Origin: a virus | Virus record (IMG/VR): IMGVR_UViG_3300024262_000015 | Location: 75,565 to 139,564 of that record | Length of the DNA stretch: 64,000 nt | Reading direction: 5' to 3' (one strand) | Shown: positions 59,901 through 64,000 of the stretch, one piece after another | Numbering within the stretch: the stretch's first letter is position 1 | Layout of the letters: the number at the start of each line of letters is the position of its first letter | Position numbers and translations under genes: made by a program | Notes under the pieces: model-generated | The model's database searches: none | Told to the model about the DNA's origin: nothing | Seen by the model: only the letters and a program-made list of their open reading frames with translations

Positions 59901-60613
59901 CCAGTGGTTTTGTGGGAGATCGGGTCTCTATTTTCAAAGATGTAAATGGAGAAATTGTGTTTAATGCTCGGGCTAAGGGACAGGATTACCAGCTTCGGCG
60001 TCAGGTTTTATGGGCTAGAGATACGTGGCATAGGGTTATGGCCACCTATAAGTTTAATAGTTTAAATAATAAAGATGAATTGCGGCTCTTTTTGGATGGG
60101 GAAGAGTGGGGAGAGATAAGGTTTGGAGAAGGTCTAATATATGGAACTGGTTATGTTTATGGTGAGGCTGCTGTAGGGATTGGGACGACGTTAATAGCAG
60201 ACATAAACTTTACAGATACTCTTTTTCAATTTTCCATAGGGCAAGATTACCGTGGATTTTTCCCGGCTCAAGCTAGGATGGATAATCTTAAGATAAGTAA
60301 TCTAGCTCAAAACCCAAGAATAATTTTGGGCCAGCCGTTTGATGTTAACTACAATAGCAATCTAAGTATGGTGTACCCCGTTATAGAAGATGCGTTCACT
60401 ACCTTTTTATTGAACTTTAATAGCTTGCTCGCAAAAAATGAAGACTTTGCTATTTTAAGGGATGCAGCCTTCGGGGTATTCAACTTTGATATAGACATCA
60501 TAGATTCTTTTGACATTGTTTTGGATAACGAACGTTTGAAAAAGCTATTAGAAAGCGCGATTCTTGCTTTAAAGCCAGCAACTGCAAAGGTAGGAATCAA
60601 ATATTTCCAGTAA
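53969..60613 (+). CDS. Very large baseplate wedge protein with LamG/concanavalin-like domains (10 DGY)
   Basis: 2214 aa; YRDAL..KGPTIPALKELV wedge motif; GTMQMWVVPQW, GTIEFWISP, WHRVMATY..LFLDG, MDNLKISN; ends ALKPATAKVGIKY. Confidence 0.7.
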   Translation: MANLRLVQLRVNNSRTIRSSWTEDLDPNIGTDNVIIRSINPGVGDSLVQTVSITKRFLTITCLPLIPFARYEVVFRSTLAQPFQSKNHRSHLLEDAKTNVAPILGAENPVNAARNNILFLLAKNIYDLQQGTFVRTVLDRIGGGIQGANNDIGQLRNSTFLDAPVIDERKVRGYGPYDKLSEGSAYDIIRVGQTETNTTLSGSISLASFPFDPISLQARTVINEGLEAGTGAGTFDRFILTVNKGPVIIVESIRITYADTTTFDYPINSLGYRLQNSRYDSPHASTFLGLEPNQIELNDDVIDLPGFKIPAVGDFIRITYQFKALGRYVEAESVVVSRVLVQLRESTPALINQFSLQHAPIVNNKDEIPQTGGVQFLDPESDTPFQTVHPAFITEIPFVFENIPRNPGEYSVDYATGRVFVFGANKEQEGTGFFPPAATYKYRKVFQNDLDYIYNPEEQEIVQSPLRDLATQPVKITFNYEEALIPYTDFIPQVHQEVLDERMENRLVASNALQVTNSPVTNVFRIFNETSGEIYSVTRFEGDTIFYSFDFPPAVGEENRERASFKFFNGETLILSKEFLNAKGVRVFKVPLQSFPVISATQDLIGSSFNSSATFSRNDLFELELYYDDFLSETFNVNRLEIGFYSINYEEGLVYVGVASSQIADVGTITYAGPIIVPNNPHVTGVADIFFSLSPNLLPSKRFNYSGFQEAEIFPLGLDFSNERFFNGDPTQPYFVNAGTIEVTYDIRAIQGIYDGYDLDNNLIPTNFAPGATFLGTLITLDPTGIQKQTNGLVVQPGLEVTVPTIAPGINLNLALSVIRVSDGAELLDGYETIIGNTINLNIGTVGDVVNVVYTVELNGAATPIVDYDHGGLYINYSYVADEILISYEHGNNQLDFSQSSTLDPGDVYYVSYKIGALRDALFNNFGSLVAIPDFESFDTDFSRESYRDALIGALQSFTKGPTIPALKELVSAVTKISPRITEAIFEVWSLGVSFLQPVEPQVLGEPILTPGKFDQGILCTKVGQAVSFPVSSNLRLDEGTMQMWVVPQWDGLDNDAELLFCDLKLDGYLLPANKIFIGAASTNPIYDAQNKFKVNRNSDDCIPGGVPSKLFTEPKGMFIYFDEDISRWNMIVKDGYVAPPDGYVYSGKITATGEFYDVKYLPNMGEGTDRLQSAEGNIEFRLTVDNDGYCFNGPVDGYSCDGITFMADEFHYFFDFAETATTNRMSLYKDGSGYLNFEVWDRGGRIPNRPTRKNRYSVSADIQSWRKGEKHNIATAWQVNTSDNRDVLHLFIDGFEVPNILRYGGRPIATSSDRFRTVQPEVVAGTLPVPIVGGHDLVTIAGQPFVSSPTIDFEDRGVTGGFIRIFESGFGDFLINSVAGNVITLSSPMPASLLDARFSVNPFTAVVSDQVGIAPNVEVSMLSGGEEVEIPGVRAENPAYEIGKNAFNETTLTILNDGYTGDQILIRTLGLNNRRCKEPVFIWGNTQSILKTNLPPPINVQETLITKIIVPLVPIGPANSIIVGPNYDGYVDGYFQPSNVVEGRKLAVRITGDNIDFTTPTTVTISGATTGGPLSETLVFTQVETLPTVARFTQIDEVNVVTRPVTFLRDGTAVEITELFPITVADTNAIYPVIRYALKTGQGDTLQGDGSDIVTDPDGDFALSDVGNLIKLTLPLIVSGVYEIVERISNTEVRLSPAPPVAFVGGDYEIYQITPSTNGFQNGFFFLLEAGTANTPFELTEGFYEFNYSAYLEIPFDPLCQQAFIGNNFLGDKPAKAIIDEFRILSRQLTDTRVGEDLDAGQESITTGYTAIRPFIKNPQTLVLIHFDTLPLDNDSDFYVFANKDFIQSANSVNERFEQSIVIKEKGLEFQNEGRLDTRNSGTIEFWISPRFDTLNDPNLRFYFDAAAAVTEDTVSDTKTQLKVSNRIFEIIEIREIGNPNSPNFADGALVSDDRTTINLSKALPGSKTPVTVTFVPSGFVGDRVSIFKDVNGEIVFNARAKGQDYQLRRQVLWARDTWHRVMATYKFNSLNNKDELRLFLDGEEWGEIRFGEGLIYGTGYVYGEAAVGIGTTLIADINFTDTLFQFSIGQDYRGFFPAQARMDNLKISNLAQNPRIILGQPFDVNYNSNLSMVYPVIEDAFTTFLLNFNSLLAKNEDFAILRDAAFGVFNFDIDIIDSFDIVLDNERLKKLLESAILALKPATAKVGIKYFQ

Positions 60614-60620
60614 GGGATGG

Positions 60621-63533
60621 ATGTCGAGACTACCAGTAGATCCGTTAAGGCCTAAATGGCATGACTCACAAAGAGTAGATGTTGATGACATGGATAGCGA
60701 GCAAGATAGTTATCTTGGTCAGGATGCTGCCATTGTTAATAATCATTTTGGATCCGGTGTGGTTCCTAGTTCTCCGGTACCTATTGTTTTATTTAATACC
60801 GATGAGCTTTCTAATGAACAAAAAGCACTAATAGATTCCAACGAATTTGATGGAACAGGCATTCACCCAACCCTTCAACCATCAGATCCGGTATTGGGAA
60901 ATCAAATTCAGGTTAGGCTTGAAGGATCTTCTGTGTTTGGCAGGCAGAGCGTAAGGGTAGCCATTATTGGTGTAAACTTTAATGGTGATACCCAATTTGA
61001 TACATTTGAGTTTCACCGTAATGAGCGCCAAATTACTTGCAATCATTATGTAAGAATTTTGGCTATATTCTTTAATAACTTTAAGGGTAATACTAATTGT
61101 TCAAGAGAGTATGGAGGTACATTAGTTTTCACCGAGGCTGCATCCTTTGAGCTTTCACGAGATCCAATTGCTATTTCCCAAGATGTTTTCCCTAATATAT
61201 TTTGGAGAGATTATAAGGTAGCTAATCCAGCCCTGACTCTATATGAGACTTTACAAATTGGAATTGGTCCTGAGTATACCGTTGATTCCCTTTTAATAAA
61301 CACTACTCCTAAGTTAGTGAGATCTTTAAATGCTGATGATACTGTAACTAGGTATGGCGAAAAGTTTATTGCTACCACTAATAATATCCAAAAAATAACT
61401 CTTCTCTTAGGTGCCACTCCAGATTTGACTGTGCCCATTGGAAATAAGTTTGATTGGAGTGGTGATATTGTAGTTAGTATTTTCCCTCTTCAAACAACTG
61501 TTAATTGTCCTACTGATATTGTGCCGGGTCTTCAAATTGGTTTTGATCCAGAGTTTGAGCCGCTTGTTCAGCTTACGTTTAGTCAGGTTGAATTATTTAA
61601 TGCAGGCTATATTCTAACTGATATTTTTCAGCCAGTAGATTTTGTTTTTAGTACTACCAAAATAGCCAACCCTCTTAACTCGCCTATTGTCCCTGGTCGG
61701 TATTATGCTGCCACCATTGGGCGAACGGGTAGCACAGGGACAGGAGATATTTTGGTGGCTGTTGGTGGAGATAGAACTCCAGATGCAAGAGCTACTATTT
61801 ATTCTGGCGTTTGGACTGATGTTCCCGATGACGACCTATGGTTTCAGGTATGGACGGATGCAGCAAAGGTAGCAGACGGAGAGGCTTACGACCAAGGTAA
61901 GGGTATACAGATTCCCAAGAAGATAACAAATGAGTTGGGGGTCGAAGAGGATTATTGTTTTGGGCATAAAAATTTTGTTAATGTTTCTAATGCTTTAAAT
62001 ACTGGAGTTATCGAAGCGGCAGTCAAGGAAAGCGATGTTGAGCAAGATGAAAGAACGGGCAATCCAGTTTTTGCTCGTCAACAATACGAACCTATTTTTA
62101 GTTTCGTAGACGATCCATCTACTCTTGATGAAGAAACAGATCCACTTATTATTGGGTGTGGTCAAGACAAAAATCCTCGAAATAATCCTTTGCTATTAAA
62201 GAGCATGACCCTTCCTGGTCTGGTTAATGACGATAAGTTTATTATCGTTGCTCCTGACGCAGACATTCTTTCTTTTAACTTTATAGATACAGTACTGAAG
62301 CCTAACGTGTTGGACTGTCTTCATGAGTATAGGATTTTTAGAGTAACCCAATGTGTTGATGGGTATGGCGATGTAAATGGTGATGGGGTTATTACTGAAG
62401 AGGATGCTTGTGCTGCGGCTCTTTTAATTGGAGAGGATCTTTCTTCTCCCGCTACTCAACAAAAAATTCTAGACGGTTACTTTACAACTCTTCAGTTCCT
62501 TCGCACTGATGTAACTGGAGACGGTGTAATATCCGAAGAAGATGTTGATCTAATTAGAAAATTTGCCAACCATGAAGATGGCTACGTAAGTTTTCCTGTA
62601 GGATCATCCTTTCGGCATACTGAATTTCAGGTTCAAAGACTTACTGGTCGTTACGATGGATACTTTACATGTACTGATGGGTACATGGATATCAATAATG
62701 GTAAGGTTCCATTCTCGGCTCTTTCTCCAGAACAGCTTTTATATGATGGGTATGACGCGCCTCCTTGCATTCAGTGTGAGGATCCGATTTTTATTACTAT
62801 TCCCTTTCCTGGTGTAGACTTTGAGCTTCAGCCTCAAGCCTTTTGGTCAGCGGATATGGTGCCGTTTAGTAGCGATGCCAGATTGACTCCTGCCGCTTTC
62901 ACTTATCCAGATGCTCTTCCTCCGCTTTGTGAACCGGCCTTGAGCCCATTCTTTTGTGAAGATACGATTGATGCTCCTTTGGCTTGTAATCCAGGTAGGA
63001 ACGATTTCTTTGTTCCAGCAAATTTGATTCTGGGTGGAGATATTATTCGACCAGATGGAAGACATTTTGGTGGCGATTACGAGATGGGAATAATCATCTT
63101 GGAGCTACCAGAAAATCCTTTGGTTGAATCGGTTTTAGATATCTTTAATGTCTTTGTGGCTGATGTAGGAAATGGCTATACCGCCTTAGGGTATCGGGCT
63201 ATGAGGTTTGCCAGTTGTGATACGGTAAAGCCTGATGGTCTTGAGAAAAATCAGATAAGGTTTGATGTAGCGCTTCAAGCATTCAACCCAAATCTAGATG
63301 GTTACGATGGATATGCTGATGGCTATGGGGTAATTGTAGACGATATTATTGGGGTTCATATAAATCCGTTAACCGGAGTCTTAACCTTAAATATTAGTGA
63401 TCTAGAAGTAAACATTTTACTACAGACTTTGGTTACTAAGATTCAAATTATAATTCATCTTAAACAAGGAGGATGGATTAATCCCACTCTTGTTGTTCCT
63501 CCAAGTCAGGCTGCCGCACTTTTGTCTAGTTAG
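60621..63533 (+). CDS. Tail/baseplate-associated protein with dockerin-like Ca-binding repeats (9 DGY)
   Basis: 970 aa; GDVNGDGVITEED and TDVTGDGVISEEDVDLI. Confidence 0.65.
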   Translation: MSRLPVDPLRPKWHDSQRVDVDDMDSEQDSYLGQDAAIVNNHFGSGVVPSSPVPIVLFNTDELSNEQKALIDSNEFDGTGIHPTLQPSDPVLGNQIQVRLEGSSVFGRQSVRVAIIGVNFNGDTQFDTFEFHRNERQITCNHYVRILAIFFNNFKGNTNCSREYGGTLVFTEAASFELSRDPIAISQDVFPNIFWRDYKVANPALTLYETLQIGIGPEYTVDSLLINTTPKLVRSLNADDTVTRYGEKFIATTNNIQKITLLLGATPDLTVPIGNKFDWSGDIVVSIFPLQTTVNCPTDIVPGLQIGFDPEFEPLVQLTFSQVELFNAGYILTDIFQPVDFVFSTTKIANPLNSPIVPGRYYAATIGRTGSTGTGDILVAVGGDRTPDARATIYSGVWTDVPDDDLWFQVWTDAAKVADGEAYDQGKGIQIPKKITNELGVEEDYCFGHKNFVNVSNALNTGVIEAAVKESDVEQDERTGNPVFARQQYEPIFSFVDDPSTLDEETDPLIIGCGQDKNPRNNPLLLKSMTLPGLVNDDKFIIVAPDADILSFNFIDTVLKPNVLDCLHEYRIFRVTQCVDGYGDVNGDGVITEEDACAAALLIGEDLSSPATQQKILDGYFTTLQFLRTDVTGDGVISEEDVDLIRKFANHEDGYVSFPVGSSFRHTEFQVQRLTGRYDGYFTCTDGYMDINNGKVPFSALSPEQLLYDGYDAPPCIQCEDPIFITIPFPGVDFELQPQAFWSADMVPFSSDARLTPAAFTYPDALPPLCEPALSPFFCEDTIDAPLACNPGRNDFFVPANLILGGDIIRPDGRHFGGDYEMGIIILELPENPLVESVLDIFNVFVADVGNGYTALGYRAMRFASCDTVKPDGLEKNQIRFDVALQAFNPNLDGYDGYADGYGVIVDDIIGVHINPLTGVLTLNISDLEVNILLQTLVTKIQIIIHLKQGGWINPTLVVPPSQAAALLSS

Positions 63534-63557
63534 TTTTTGTGCGCTATAATTAAATGC

Positions 63558-64000
63558 GTCAACTGCCTACAGCACAAGGCTGTAGGCTTGTTCCTGTACC
63601 GGAACCAAAGCAAGAGCTTTGGTTCCCTCCGAAACCTTGAGGCTTGTTGACGTAGCCCTGGCAAGAAACTTTATGTTTCTTGCCGCGTTTATGTCCGCAT
63701 GCTCGCTATGCTCACATGCTAAACATCTAAACTTATCTTGAGTTTTTCTATTGTTTTTATCCACCATCCCGCATCTTGAACAAGTGCGGGATGTATTCAT
63801 AGGATTAACAATCTCAACCGGCAGTCCTGCAAGGACTGCCTTATACTCAATAAACGAACGTAATTGAAAGAAACTCCATCCTGCCATTTTCGCTCGCTGC
63901 GCTTTGCGAAACCGGGTACCTTTGCGAATGCCCTTGAGATTTTCAAGGGCAATTCCGCAATCTGTGTCTTTAGCCAAACAAACAAGTTTCTTTGACAGGA
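63558..64000 (-). mobile_element. IS200/IS605-family element, right end (rest outside window)
   Basis: Subterminal hairpin GCCTACAGC/GCTGTAGGC (63565-63587) followed on the minus strand by AGTTGAC; tnpB inside. Confidence 0.8.
63567..64000 (-). CDS. tnpB: TnpB RNA-guided nuclease, C-terminal part
   Basis: IALENLKGIR, WSFFQLRSFIEYKA, NTSRTCSRCG..FRCLACEHSEHADINAARNI; frame open to the window edge. Confidence 0.93.
   Translation of the reverse strand, partial: LSKKLVCLAKDTDCGIALENLKGIRKGTRFRKAQRAKMAGWSFFQLRSFIEYKAVLAGLPVEIVNPMNTSRTCSRCGMVDKNNRKTQDKFRCLACEHSEHADINAARNIKFLARATSTSLKVSEGTKALALVPVQEQAYSLVL

Noticed and set aside
32014-60613. Bacterial contractile injection system or tailocin instead of a phage
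   Set aside because: Linked capsid gene, neck genes and G/GT chaperone indicate a complete phage virion module
27528-63065. Many 60-116 aa antisense ORFs within long tail genes
   Set aside because: Fully nested opposite well-supported genes, with no recognisable motifs
4963-63533. DGY as a DNA repeat, CRISPR-like array or DGR target
   Set aside because: Codons vary at all synonymous positions, spacing is irregular, and no reverse transcriptase or template repeat is visible

Overview
This 64 kb window is the virion-morphogenesis region of a large (jumbo-type) contractile-tailed phage, almost all on the + strand in the standard genetic code. It opens inside a major capsid protein gene split by three related group I introns. 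Two introns carry LAGLIDADG ORFs, and one exon is only 57 nt. Next come head and neck genes mixed with accessory genes (patatin, cysteine desulfurase, HNH, cold-shock protein, Nudix, HExxH protein, holin-like protein, a miniature TnpB-like nuclease). Then follow a fibre-like protein, tail terminator, sheath, tube, G/GT chaperone with a -1 frameshift, tape measure and baseplate, ending in an IS200/IS605 tnpB. The strongest unexplained signal is the tripeptide D-G-Y. I count 43 copies in 14 proteins, with varied codons, concentrated in predicted outer virion proteins and absent from tube, tape measure, hub, spike and the visible capsid protein. This suggests an undescribed virion-wide modification or docking motif. 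Other candidates are a leaderless late-promoter motif (AAT-N6-GYAT), a ~210-nt structured RNA, a dockerin-like domain in a tail protein, and eroded IS ends in tail spacers. All product calls come from motifs and gene order read by eye; no database search was run.
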